Virus record (IMG/VR): IMGVR_UViG_2541047758_000018
Strand: one strand, 5' to 3'
Source: a virus
Taxonomy: Duplodnaviria > Heunggongvirae > Uroviricota > Caudoviricetes
Length of the DNA: 34,871 nt
Numbering within the stretch: the stretch's first letter is position 1; every line of letters begins with the position of its first letter. Below, in pieces: positions 18,035-26,297 of this stretch. A model generated the notes under the pieces. It ran no database searches. It had not been told where the DNA came from and saw only the letters and a list, made by a program, of their open reading frames with translations. Both the position numbers and the translations under genes were made by a program.

Positions 18035-18766
18035 ATGAATCAACCAATACACAATGCTTACTGGTTATCCCGTTTTGAAAGTATTCTCAACAGTGCCCTG
18101 GCGCAACACCGTGCCGTCTCGTTAATCCGGGTGGATTTACGTTTCCCTGAGTATATGCCTGCCACCATTATGGATACCGATTTAGATTCAGCGGTGATTT
18201 CTCGTTTTTTCGAATCCCTGAAAGCAAAAATTCAGGCTTACCAGCGACATAAACGACGTGCCAACAAGCGTGTGCATGCAACCACTCTGCGTTATTTCTG
18301 GTGCCGGGAGTTCGGCAAGGAAAAAGGCAGGAAACATTATCACGTGATATTACTGCTCAACAAAGATACCTGGTGCTCGCCAGGGGATTTCACCGTTCCT
18401 TCTTCGCTGGCGACGCTGATCCAACTGGCATGGTGCAGTGCTCTGCATCTTGAGCCCTGGCAGGGTAATGGACTGGTTCATTTTTCCAGGCGGACGCCTT
18501 TCCGTAAACCGACATCATCCGATGCTCGCCCTTCTTCCGATGACACGCCTTTACCTGGTGGATGTTCTGATACCCGGAAGGATTCTGACAAAAAGTCTGG
18601 TGGATCCGCTGTGCTCTGGATCAAGCGTGGTGATGTAGAAGCGATGCAGAAAGCCATGGAGAGAGCCCGTTATCTCGTGAAGTATGAGACGAAGCAGCAT
18701 GACGGTTCTGGTCAACGTAATTATGGTTGCAGTCGTGGAGCGGGGCGTCTACTGGATGGCAGGTGA
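18035..18766 (+). CDS. YagK/YfjJ-family (inovirus Gp2-like) protein
   Basis: IRVDLRFPE...DSAVISRFFESLKAKIQ...RVHATTLRYFWCREFG...KHYHVILLLNKD...GLVHF...RYLVKYETK...RNYGCS follows the YfjJ/YagK pattern. An HUH-like HYH is followed by hydrophobics. GGAG RBS. Confidence 0.7.
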   Translation: MNQPIHNAYWLSRFESILNSALAQHRAVSLIRVDLRFPEYMPATIMDTDLDSAVISRFFESLKAKIQAYQRHKRRANKRVHATTLRYFWCREFGKEKGRKHYHVILLLNKDTWCSPGDFTVPSSLATLIQLAWCSALHLEPWQGNGLVHFSRRTPFRKPTSSDARPSSDDTPLPGGCSDTRKDSDKKSGGSAVLWIKRGDVEAMQKAMERARYLVKYETKQHDGSGQRNYGCSRGAGRLLDGR

Positions 18767-19149
18767 ACCCTGTAAAACGGCATCCGGTGCCTGAGCGTAT
18801 GCCACGGTAGGGCGTCAGCCAACGCCCTTACCTCGTATTCTGATCACTCATTCTGAAGTCATGCAACGGTATTTTTATCTGCTTCCGCTCTTGGAAACAC
18901 TCCGTCGGTAAAAACTTACCGCCTTGATTAATGATGTGAACCGAAGTCAACGGAGGTCATTCACCTTAAACCCACCTCAGGAATTTTACACCTGTCAGGT
19001 CTCCTGACTGTCCTGGCATACGACATCTGCCATCCCCGGTTCCACGGTTATTACATCAACAACCTCTGTACACGACGCCTTCAGTTTCACAATACGCTCG
19101 TCTTTCGCTGGCGGGGATGCGTCGTGCGTTTCTATATGGAGCATATCTT

Positions 19150-19722
19150 ATGAATGGTATCCCTCATTTCGACTATAGCCTGGCGCCCTTCTGGCCGTCT
19201 TATCAGAACAAAATCATCGGTGTTCTCAACCGTGCGCTGCGTGAACAGTCCTGCTCCCGGGTACGGCGGATCCTGCTTCGTCTGCCATGTGAATATGACA
19301 CTACCTTCAGTAGCAGAAAGACCTGGTTTGGTATGGACTTTATCGAAACTGTCAGTGCGCTGATGAATGCAAACCCCGGACGTGATCTCTGCTGGCTCCT
19401 GACTCGTCATCCGGAAAAGCCGGAATACCACGTGGTGCTGTGCGTCAGACAGGAGTATTTCGACGGCCCCGAACTGGATCGGTTGATACTGGATGCCTGG
19501 AGCAACGTACTGGGCTTCGCGTCACCGGGTGAAGCGGCACCGTACCAGAAGCAGATAACACGGGATGTGGTGCTGGACAGTCGTTCACCGGACTGCGAAG
19601 ACATCCTCAAAGAGCTGATATGGGCATTCAGTGATTTCGCCCGCGATCGTCGTGGTGTGCGCGATCCGGAAGCCCGTTACCTCGTCGGTAATCCCTGGTA
19701 TCCCGTAGCAGGCCAGCTCTGA
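19150..19722 (+). CDS. Diverged YagK/YfjJ-like protein (190 aa)
   Basis: Internal ATG of track ORF 19117-19722 with GGAG 8 nt upstream. RRILLRLPCEYD...EYHVVLCVRQEYF parallels the family core but keeps only one His. Confidence 0.5.
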   Translation: MNGIPHFDYSLAPFWPSYQNKIIGVLNRALREQSCSRVRRILLRLPCEYDTTFSSRKTWFGMDFIETVSALMNANPGRDLCWLLTRHPEKPEYHVVLCVRQEYFDGPELDRLILDAWSNVLGFASPGEAAPYQKQITRDVVLDSRSPDCEDILKELIWAFSDFARDRRGVRDPEARYLVGNPWYPVAGQL

Positions 19723-19790
19723 AAGCACAGTTCAGCAGATTCACCCGCATTTGCCCAACCTTCATAAATCTCACAAAGGACATTCTGACC

Positions 19791-20024
19791 ATGTTGACCA
19801 CAACAAGCCACGACAGCGTATTGCTGCGTGCTGACGATCCCCTGATCGACATGAACTACATCACCAGTTTCACCGGTATGACCGATAAATGGTTTTACAA
19901 GCTGATCAGTGAAGGCCATTTTCCTAAACCCATCAAACTGGGTCGCAGCAGCCGCTGGTACAAAAGCGAAGTGGAGCAGTGGATGCAGCAGCGAATCGAG
20001 GAGTCACGAGGAGCTGCTGCATGA
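19791..20024 (+). CDS. alpA: AlpA-family phage regulatory protein (second copy)
   Basis: MNYITSFTGMTDKWFYKLISEGHFPKPIKLGRSSRWYKSEVEQWM matches the AlpA HTH pattern. Confidence 0.8.
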   Translation: MLTTTSHDSVLLRADDPLIDMNYITSFTGMTDKWFYKLISEGHFPKPIKLGRSSRWYKSEVEQWMQQRIEESRGAAA

Positions 20025-20134
20025 AACGTGTTGTAATACCGGTACGCTGGCGATGTGCAAAATGCCGGCGCTGGTATTGTGGAAATCAGCCCTGTCCCTG
20101 GTGCTGGCGACACTCTCGTTCATCTTTCTGCTGA
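20021..20134 (+). CDS. Cys-rich mini-ORF (37 aa), coupled to alpA
   Basis: Not in the ORF track. The ATG overlaps the alpA stop (ATGA). Translation: MKRVVIPVRWRCAKCRRWYCGNQPCPWCWRHSRSSFC, with CxxC...C...CxxC spacing like a zinc knuckle. Confidence 0.3.
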   Translation: MKRVVIPVRWRCAKCRRWYCGNQPCPWCWRHSRSSFC

Positions 20135-20289
20135 TACCCTCCTGTCAGTAGCGGGTTGTAGCTCTTCCCTGACCGATTTGTCATTCCACTCTTATTGTTT
20201 ATAACGGGTATTGAGCCGGTACTGGCGTGTTTTCCTGCATGTTTGCACCGGTTCAGTAAAATTCAACAGGATTCGAAAAGGAACATTTC

Positions 20290-20838
20290 GTGCAAATAAC
20301 CGAAGCATTACTTTCAGAGCCAGGGGAAATCCGGCGTTTTGTTCAGCAGGCGGTGGATCACTGGCCGCATCTGTTGGCATTTCACTTCACGCTCCATTCG
20401 GCTGAAGAAAACATCAACGGGCAACGGGTTCAGACATTCTGTACTTCCTTTTACCGGCAGGTACACGAACGTATTGCTGAACGTAATCACACGGCCAGTC
20501 CATCATCGCCGTTGGTATTACGCTGGTTGCGGGAACAACATGGAAAAGCAACAATACGATGCCTGTTGCTGCTCAGCCAGACGAGCATTTGCCATCCGCG
20601 AGCCAGTGTCACAGTTGATGAACAATGTTCGCAAGTGGTGGATTTACTGCAACATAGCTGGCAGGTGATAAGTGCTGGCGGACAATGCCGGGTGGAAAGG
20701 TGTTTTCGGGTTGCCCGGGGTGATACATCCGGTCAGTATGTTGCGTTAAAAACAGTCGCATTGTCTCTGGGGTTACCGGTTGTGACCGCCATTACCCATC
20801 GTCCGGTACAGCGCTGTACATTGATTACAGCTCAGTGA
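20290..20838 (+). CDS. Diverged YagK/YfjJ-like protein (182 aa)
   Basis: GTG start with an AAAGGAA RBS. HLLAFHFTLH...FCTSFYRQVHERI...LVLRWLREQHG...IRCLLLLSQ parallels the family core but lacks the HUH-like histidines. Confidence 0.45.
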   Translation: MQITEALLSEPGEIRRFVQQAVDHWPHLLAFHFTLHSAEENINGQRVQTFCTSFYRQVHERIAERNHTASPSSPLVLRWLREQHGKATIRCLLLLSQTSICHPRASVTVDEQCSQVVDLLQHSWQVISAGGQCRVERCFRVARGDTSGQYVALKTVALSLGLPVVTAITHRPVQRCTLITAQ

Positions 20839-20839
20839 A

Positions 20840-21181
20840 TCAGCGCTTTCTGGCTTTTCGTCGGTCATTCAGCACCATTAGCCGGGCCTCTGCCTCTTTC
20901 TGTTCCTGTAGTGTCACTTCCCCGCACGGCAGCCCCTTCAGATCGTAACGGGCGCCATCTGCCATTAACGCACATGAATAGTGCGGAGACTGCACATAAG
21001 ACGCCACTGCCGCGTGTAATGTACCAGCGCCAAACGCCAGTTCTCTGATGGCGATATCCTGTATCAGGTCGTCAGGTATCTCAACTTTAAGCGGTTGGGG
21101 TTTTTCCCGGTTGAATAACTCAGGCCAGAGTTCCACAAGACGATTAATACGCTTACGGTTTTTACGCTGGCGTTTTGTCAT
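20840..21181 (-). CDS. FinO/ProQ-domain RNA-binding protein
   Basis: LVELWPELFN...PQPLKVEIPDDLIQDI...LHAAVASYVQSPHYSCALMADGARYDLKGLPCGEV aligns by eye with the ProQ N-terminal FinO domain (FPHCF...RPLKIGIFQDL...ALRLYTSSWRYL...RVDLDGNPCGEL). It has basic N- and C-terminal tails. Confidence 0.8.
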   Translation of the reverse strand: MTKRQRKNRKRINRLVELWPELFNREKPQPLKVEIPDDLIQDIAIRELAFGAGTLHAAVASYVQSPHYSCALMADGARYDLKGLPCGEVTLQEQKEAEARLMVLNDRRKARKR

Positions 21182-22016
21182 ATGCCGCCACGGTGTTTTT
21201 TCAGCAGAGCAGGGCTCTGTTTATCGTTCAACTGTGGTATCCGTTCCCTGGCCTTCACGTTGTGTGCAGTGTTCGTTTTATCCTGCAGCGGCGTTGCCGG
21301 TGATTTACTGAAAATGCCCTGTGGTTTACGGTTAATGGTCAGCGTTACCATCAGTATTGTTACCTCATGCTGTCAATGGAAGTAGTACTCCATCCAGAGC
21401 CTTGGCGACCCCGGGGCTGAAAACGAAACAATAACCCGCGCACAGTGCGAGGAGCCCGGGCGTGAAGCAATCAGCAGGTAATATTAATGGCAAGACCAGT
21501 AGGTTCTTTAAACAAACGAACAATATCAGCAAATACGACAACTCCCGGAGAGGTAAAAAGTTTTTCACTTGAGCACTTCTTAAAAAAATGGAGACGAACA
21601 AAAATGGGGCGACATACCTGGAAAGTATTGCTACCAGATGATGCTAAAAAGCAGAAATAGTGTTCCAGGCCTGAAAGGGATGAGAATCAGTATCTGTGTG
21701 TATTTATAACATCTTCTTGAAGAGGCTGGAGATTGTTAGTCCATTAGTATAATCGATATTCGTGTTCCTGCGAATATGCAGGCTACACCAGATATATGAT
21801 TGCTACCGAATTTCATCAGTTTGATGAAATTACGCATCATACTGCGGGCTTTTCTCATTAACATTAACGAAAGTGAATGGACTCAGACAAGTAGTGACCG
21901 GCGCAATTTCGCTAAGTATCAAATACAAAGAACGTTCTCTTACTTTCTGCGATGGCCTTTCCTTCGGAAAGGAAGTGACGATTAAGTACCGAAAAATGTG
22001 ATACACATATTATTTT

Positions 22017-22047
22017 TATGGCAAATCACCTGATAGGATTTGCCATA
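22017..22047. promoter_or_regulatory. Perfect 11-bp inverted repeat upstream of the hns-like gene
   Basis: TATGGCAAATC (22017-22027), 9-nt spacer, GATTTGCCATA (22037-22047), ending 28 bp before the ATG at 22075. No T-run follows, so it looks like an operator or RNA hairpin rather than a terminator. Confidence 0.3.
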
Positions 22048-22074
22048 AATGAATGAAAAGCTGAGTGTTAATAA

Positions 22075-22509
22075 ATGAGTAAGAAGAAAATTTCTTTTGA
22101 AAATGAAGAGTTCATTACTTACCGGGCATTACTTCTGAGTATTGACTTTGTTAAAAAACTGGTTATAGAAATGTCTGATGAAGATTTAAATAAGGTTAAG
22201 GAAAACTTTGACATAGCTATTCAGCAACGTAATGAGCGAAAGGAAAATATGAAAGCTATCAAATCACTCATGGATGAACATGGTATATCTCTGGAAGATT
22301 TTTATTGTGAATTTGGCAAAAAATCACAGGCAGGCAGAAAAAGTGTGTCAGGAAGGCATAAATACGAGTATGACGATAACGGTAAAAGAATGTACTGGAA
22401 TGGACAAGGACGTCGGCCTAAGGCCATAGCAGAGGCTATAAAAGCCGGAGGTTCTCTTGATGATTTTCTTATATCTCAGGAAGTATCATCTGGTCCTGAT
22501 TATGAATAA
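22075..22509 (+). CDS. H-NS family nucleoid-associated protein (horizontally acquired paralogue)
   Basis: The C-terminus KYEYDDNGKRMYWNGQGRRPKAIAEAIKAGGSLDDFLI matches H-NS [28 protein letters not shown]...SLDDFLI. The N-terminus looks coiled-coil. Confidence 0.88.
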   Translation: MSKKKISFENEEFITYRALLLSIDFVKKLVIEMSDEDLNKVKENFDIAIQQRNERKENMKAIKSLMDEHGISLEDFYCEFGKKSQAGRKSVSGRHKYEYDDNGKRMYWNGQGRRPKAIAEAIKAGGSLDDFLISQEVSSGPDYE

Positions 22510-22925
22510 CAGCAATATATATTTTGATCTGTATTAATATCAAGAAATATATAGTAAACACTTCTCCGGAGTTGATATATTATCGGCAGGGAATGAAAAT
22601 GCCTGACTTCATGCTAATATATGGCAATAAAGATAAATGAGTTATACTGTAGAGTTATGAAATAACGATAGTGATAAGAGCCAGTCAGCGAGACTGATTG
22701 TTTTATCTGTACTGGCAGCAGGCAGTTTACCATGGCTTACTGCTTCAGCTTCTGAATCTGTGTTGATGATATTTATCTGTTTATAAGGCAAGGCTTGTCT
22801 CTGTGAGTTGGTAATCTTTATCCCGGGATAGCTTTTCTCTGTATTTTTAGTATAGCCAGTAATCGATTACTCCTGTATGCGCAAAAATATAGCAACTCAT
22901 CCATGGTAAACATGTCAGCTTTTAC

Positions 22926-23498
22926 CTACATATAGATAAATTCATATTTCACGATATACGACCCAATTTTATTAACACGAGCTGTTACCCATACACCTGT
23001 CATCCCCTGTTTATGGTGACTGCGCGGGAACTCTTTATTTGTACAAAGTTGTATCCATCTGGAAGTGTTTTGATCTTTCAACCAGAGTCCCGCTTCACAA
23101 TGTCCATACTTTCCTCTTGATGGTCCCGGAAAAACAACATCATATTCAGATTCATAGCTAATAACCTTATCCGGAAAAAGATAAACACAGACATCGTAAC
23201 AGTTCAGACTCAGTATAAATCCAAGACAAAATCCCCCCGTGAATGCATTTAATAAATACTTTAATGTTCTGTTAAAGGTGCGGATATAAAATGCATAAAT
23301 AAAAGAAAGAGAACCGGTGGTTATACCGGTGCAAAAATATGTTGTCCATTCAGGTACCGTATTTTGTAAAACAGTATAATGAGATATGGCGGATGCCCAC
23401 AACATATACCAGCACAAACCACCTGCAATAAGATATGTTATTGCTGTGGAAAACCATTTCCTGTATTTATTTTCAGGGTGATTGTTTTTGCCCATCAA
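22926..23498 (-). CDS. Membrane protein (about 4 TM helices plus a C-terminal soluble domain), unknown function
   Basis: Four hydrophobic segments: ITYLIAGGLCWYMLWASAI, YFCTGITTGSLSFIYAFYI, LLNAFTGGFCLGFILSL and a weaker fourth. It lies 97 bp downstream of the dGTPase-like gene on the same strand. Confidence 0.7.
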   Translation of the reverse strand: MMGKNNHPENKYRKWFSTAITYLIAGGLCWYMLWASAISHYTVLQNTVPEWTTYFCTGITTGSLSFIYAFYIRTFNRTLKYLLNAFTGGFCLGFILSLNCYDVCVYLFPDKVISYESEYDVVFPGPSRGKYGHCEAGLWLKDQNTSRWIQLCTNKEFPRSHHKQGMTGVWVTARVNKIGSYIVKYEFIYM

Positions 23499-23595
23499 CG
23501 CATTTCCAGAATATTTAAAAATAACCTGTCACCGAAACAGAATAAAGGCGCAATAACCATAACGGGAAAATATGCGCCTCTGGTAATCGACAGTG

Positions 23596-24849
23596 TTACT
23601 TCAGACAGTGAGTTTCCCATTCCTTGACTGCAAATGTATCCATCATACCTGAAATATAGTCAACCACTGCTCGTTTTTTGCTGATTTTAAATATATAGGA
23701 ATCTGGTTGGGGTAAGGTGAATTTAAGTTCAGGAGGCAGAAATTTATAATTCTCTCCTTCATTGTAAAAGTCATATAAATCCCTGATTATTTTATTTCCC
23801 CTGAACTCATAGGTGAGGATATTACGTTTTCGCATGATGACTTTAAAGAGAAGTTTTTTGAGCCCTTCGGATAACGCATTCAGTTTCCCGAATCCCAGTT
23901 CCTGAAAACCATTCAGGTTCGTTACTACAGAAATATCTGCAACGAGGCGATTGACAATATTTGAAGTTAACTCCTTGCGGAATATGATGGCAAATTCTTC
24001 TGAGGTTTTCAGTAAGTTAGCCTGAAAAGCGGTGTTTCTCGACTGAGTAACGATTTCCCTGAACTGTTCCCTCGCTCCCCGGAATTCGTCAGAAATCTGA
24101 AACTCATATTCAATATCTTCAATCGTGACCATGTTCCTGCTAAGGGCATCTTCCAGGTCATGCGCGGCATAGGCAATCTCATCCGCGAGATCCATTATCT
24201 GCGCATCAATCGTTTTCTCTCCGGGATTCAGATCGAGCTGATTTTCAGCAAGCAGGTTAATGTAAAAATAGTAATCATCATCATAAATGAACTTGCCGGC
24301 AGTAGCTGCAGCGCGGGGGATGGGATACTTAACAACCGAAAGTAAACTACGGTGAGTCAGATTTAATCCGTTGCAGTATGAAAATTTCTTCTCCAGTTTT
24401 CTCAGGATACGTAGCGCCTGTGCATTGCCTTCATAGCCGCCGATTTCTTCAGACAGTTCATTAAGCAGTTTTTCACCGGAATGACCGAAAGGAGGATTTC
24501 CGATGTCATGCGCCAGCGCTGCCAGTTCAACCACCACCGGGTTAACCAGTTTGAGGTCTGACGCGATACTTCGGGCGATCTGAGCAACCTCAAGACTGTG
24601 CGTTAATCTGTTTCTGTTGAATTTTTCAGGATCAATTTCAAAAAGTTGCATCTTTCCCTGCAGCCTGCGAAATGATGATGAATACAGAATACGCGCATAA
24701 TCCCGTTGATAATTATCCCGGCTTCTTGTTTCACCATCGGGGGACGGGTGCTCTCTGGTATCAGCAAGCGCACTGATAAGTTTTTGTTCCTGCTCTTGCG
24801 CAAATTCTTTTAATTCATTGCAGTACATATTTCTTCCTTTCTGGAGCAT
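23596..24849 (-). CDS. dGTPase-family HD-domain dNTP triphosphohydrolase
   Basis: RDYARILYSSSFRRLQGKMQLF, RLTHSLEVAQIARS, HDIGNPPFGHSGE and YEGNAQALRIL are the Dgt-family signature blocks. The ATG at 24828 (MYCNEL, preceded by AGGAAG) is a likely alternative start. Confidence 0.88.
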   Translation of the reverse strand: MLQKGRNMYCNELKEFAQEQEQKLISALADTREHPSPDGETRSRDNYQRDYARILYSSSFRRLQGKMQLFEIDPEKFNRNRLTHSLEVAQIARSIASDLKLVNPVVVELAALAHDIGNPPFGHSGEKLLNELSEEIGGYEGNAQALRILRKLEKKFSYCNGLNLTHRSLLSVVKYPIPRAAATAGKFIYDDDYYFYINLLAENQLDLNPGEKTIDAQIMDLADEIAYAAHDLEDALSRNMVTIEDIEYEFQISDEFRGAREQFREIVTQSRNTAFQANLLKTSEEFAIIFRKELTSNIVNRLVADISVVTNLNGFQELGFGKLNALSEGLKKLLFKVIMRKRNILTYEFRGNKIIRDLYDFYNEGENYKFLPPELKFTLPQPDSYIFKISKKRAVVDYISGMMDTFAVKEWETHCLK

Positions 24850-24978
24850 GTTACCAAATCAGAATACCGGATGAACAAAACTGGTGGCTACATCCTGTAG
24901 GGATTATGTATTAGTAAGCTCTGGCCATTAGTGCCATTTCAGGTTATGTGATCCTACTCACGTAATATGGACACAGGC

Positions 24979-25845
24979 CTAAGTGAGGTTCTGGTTTTCA
25001 AATTGTTCCGGACTGAGGCCGCCACACCAACTGTGCCGCCGCCACCGATTGTAATCACATTCGATATAATTAAACACCGTTGCCCGCATTATTTCCCGGC
25101 TGATAAAGTGTTCTCCATGGATACATTCCACTTTCAGCGAATGAAAGAAGCTTTCCACGCAGGCATTATCGTAGCAGCAACCTTTTGCGCTCATACTTCC
25201 ACGCAGATTATGCCGCTTCAGTTGCGCCTGATAATCTGCTGAACAGTACTGGCCTCCACGGTCCGTGTGAACGATAACGTTCCGGGGCCTCTTACGCCGC
25301 CACAGCGCCATCTGCAGGGCATCGCAGGCCAGTTGCGCCGTCATGCGTGGCGACATTGACCAGCCAATAACGGCACGTGACCACAGGTCAATGACCACTG
25401 CCAGATACAGCCAGCCTTCATCTGTACGTAAGTACGTGATGTCTCCTGCCCACTTCTGGTTCGGGCCACTGGCGTAAAAATCCTGCTCCAACAGATTTTC
25501 TGACACAGGCAGGCCGTGTGCGCGGTAGCTGACCGGGCTGAACTTCCGGGAGGCCTTTGCCCTCAGTCCCTGACGGCGCAGGCTTGCCGCCACGGTTTTT
25601 ACGTTAAAGGGGTAACCCTGAGCACGCAGTTCATCCGTCAGGCGTGGGGCACCGTAACGCTGTTTTGACCGGGTAAAAGCCGCGAGGACAACGCTGTCGC
25701 AGTGTTGGCGGAACTGCTGACGCGTGCTTATCCTTGTCCGCCGCTGACACCACGTATACCAGCCGCTGCGGGCCACCCGGAGCACGCGGCACATTGCTTT
25801 GATGCTGAACTCAGCCTGATGTTTTTCAATAAAGACATACTTCAT
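24979..25845 (-). CDS. insF: IS3 OrfB (DDE transposase)
   Basis: [10 protein letters not shown]...[11 protein letters not shown]...[12 protein letters not shown]. The start overlaps the orfA stop. Confidence 0.9.
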   Translation of the reverse strand: MKYVFIEKHQAEFSIKAMCRVLRVARSGWYTWCQRRTRISTRQQFRQHCDSVVLAAFTRSKQRYGAPRLTDELRAQGYPFNVKTVAASLRRQGLRAKASRKFSPVSYRAHGLPVSENLLEQDFYASGPNQKWAGDITYLRTDEGWLYLAVVIDLWSRAVIGWSMSPRMTAQLACDALQMALWRRKRPRNVIVHTDRGGQYCSADYQAQLKRHNLRGSMSAKGCCYDNACVESFFHSLKVECIHGEHFISREIMRATVFNYIECDYNRWRRHSWCGGLSPEQFENQNLT

Positions 25846-26141
25846 TTCAGGCGCTTCGCGAAGTATGTCGCGGCCTTTTGGAGGATAGCCAGCTCTTCAT
25901 CCCGTTCTGCCAGCTGGCGTTTGAGACGTGCAATCTCGGTAGACATCTCCAGTTCACGTTCAGAAGACGTCTGCTGATTTTGCTGTTTACTGCGCCAGTT
26001 GTAGAGTTGTGATTCATACAGGCTGAGTTCACGGGCTGCGGCAGTAACACCGATGCGTTCAGCAAGCTTCAGGGCTTCACTGCGAAATTCAGGCGAATGC
26101 TGTTTACGGGGTTTTTTACTGGTTGATACTGTTTTTGTCAT
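25842..26141 (-). CDS. insE: IS3 OrfA
   Basis: [50 protein letters not shown]..., 99 aa. This is an internal start of track ORF 25842-26150. Confidence 0.9.
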   Translation of the reverse strand: MTKTVSTSKKPRKQHSPEFRSEALKLAERIGVTAAARELSLYESQLYNWRSKQQNQQTSSERELEMSTEIARLKRQLAERDEELAILQKAATYFAKRLK

Positions 26142-26220
26142 GTGAGTCACCTCTGACTGAGAGTTTACTCACTTAGCCGCGTGTCCACTATTGCTGGGTA
26201 AGATCACCCTGTGAACCATG

Positions 26221-26297
26221 TTGATATTGATACTATATTGACTATATGCCATACAGGTGGTAATGATTAGTTACTACCATACAGGAAAAGGTAGAAA
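26221..26297 (+). promoter_or_regulatory. Candidate promoter/operator of the TS-like operon
   Basis: Tandem TTGATA TTGATA (26221-26232) with TATATG at 26243-26248, 16 bp from the first hexamer. Two CCATACAGG direct repeats (26249-26257 and 26277-26285) bracket a near-palindrome, GGTGGTAAT gat TAGTTACTACC. RBS AAAAGGTAG. Confidence 0.3.

Larger units (their letters stand above)
24949..26206 (-). mobile_element. IS3, complete, 1258 bp
   Basis: The ends are TGATCCTACTCACGTAATATGGACACAGGCC (24949-) and the reverse complement of TGATCTTACCCAGCAATAGTGGACACGCGGCTAAGTGAG (-26206). The length is exactly 1258 bp. Flanks are atg on one side and ccc on the other, so there is no target duplication. Confidence 0.93.

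Noticed and set aside
18438-18638. Alternate-frame ORF inside the first Gp2-like gene, considered as evidence of a frameshift at the T5 run (18481-18485)
   Set aside because: The alternate frame reads FPGGRLSVNRHHP, which loosely resembles the family's HFPxNPxY block. However, the main frame stays open and regains the strongly conserved C-terminal RYLVKYETK...RNYGCS block. I therefore could not support a pseudogene call from sequence alone.
21048-21601. ORFs 21048-21311, 21182-21385 (+) and 21365-21601 (-) upstream of the FinO-domain gene
   Set aside because: They are short and mutually overlapping, rich in hydrophobic or Cys residues, and lack RBSs. They are more likely promoter or leader sequence of the FinO-domain gene.
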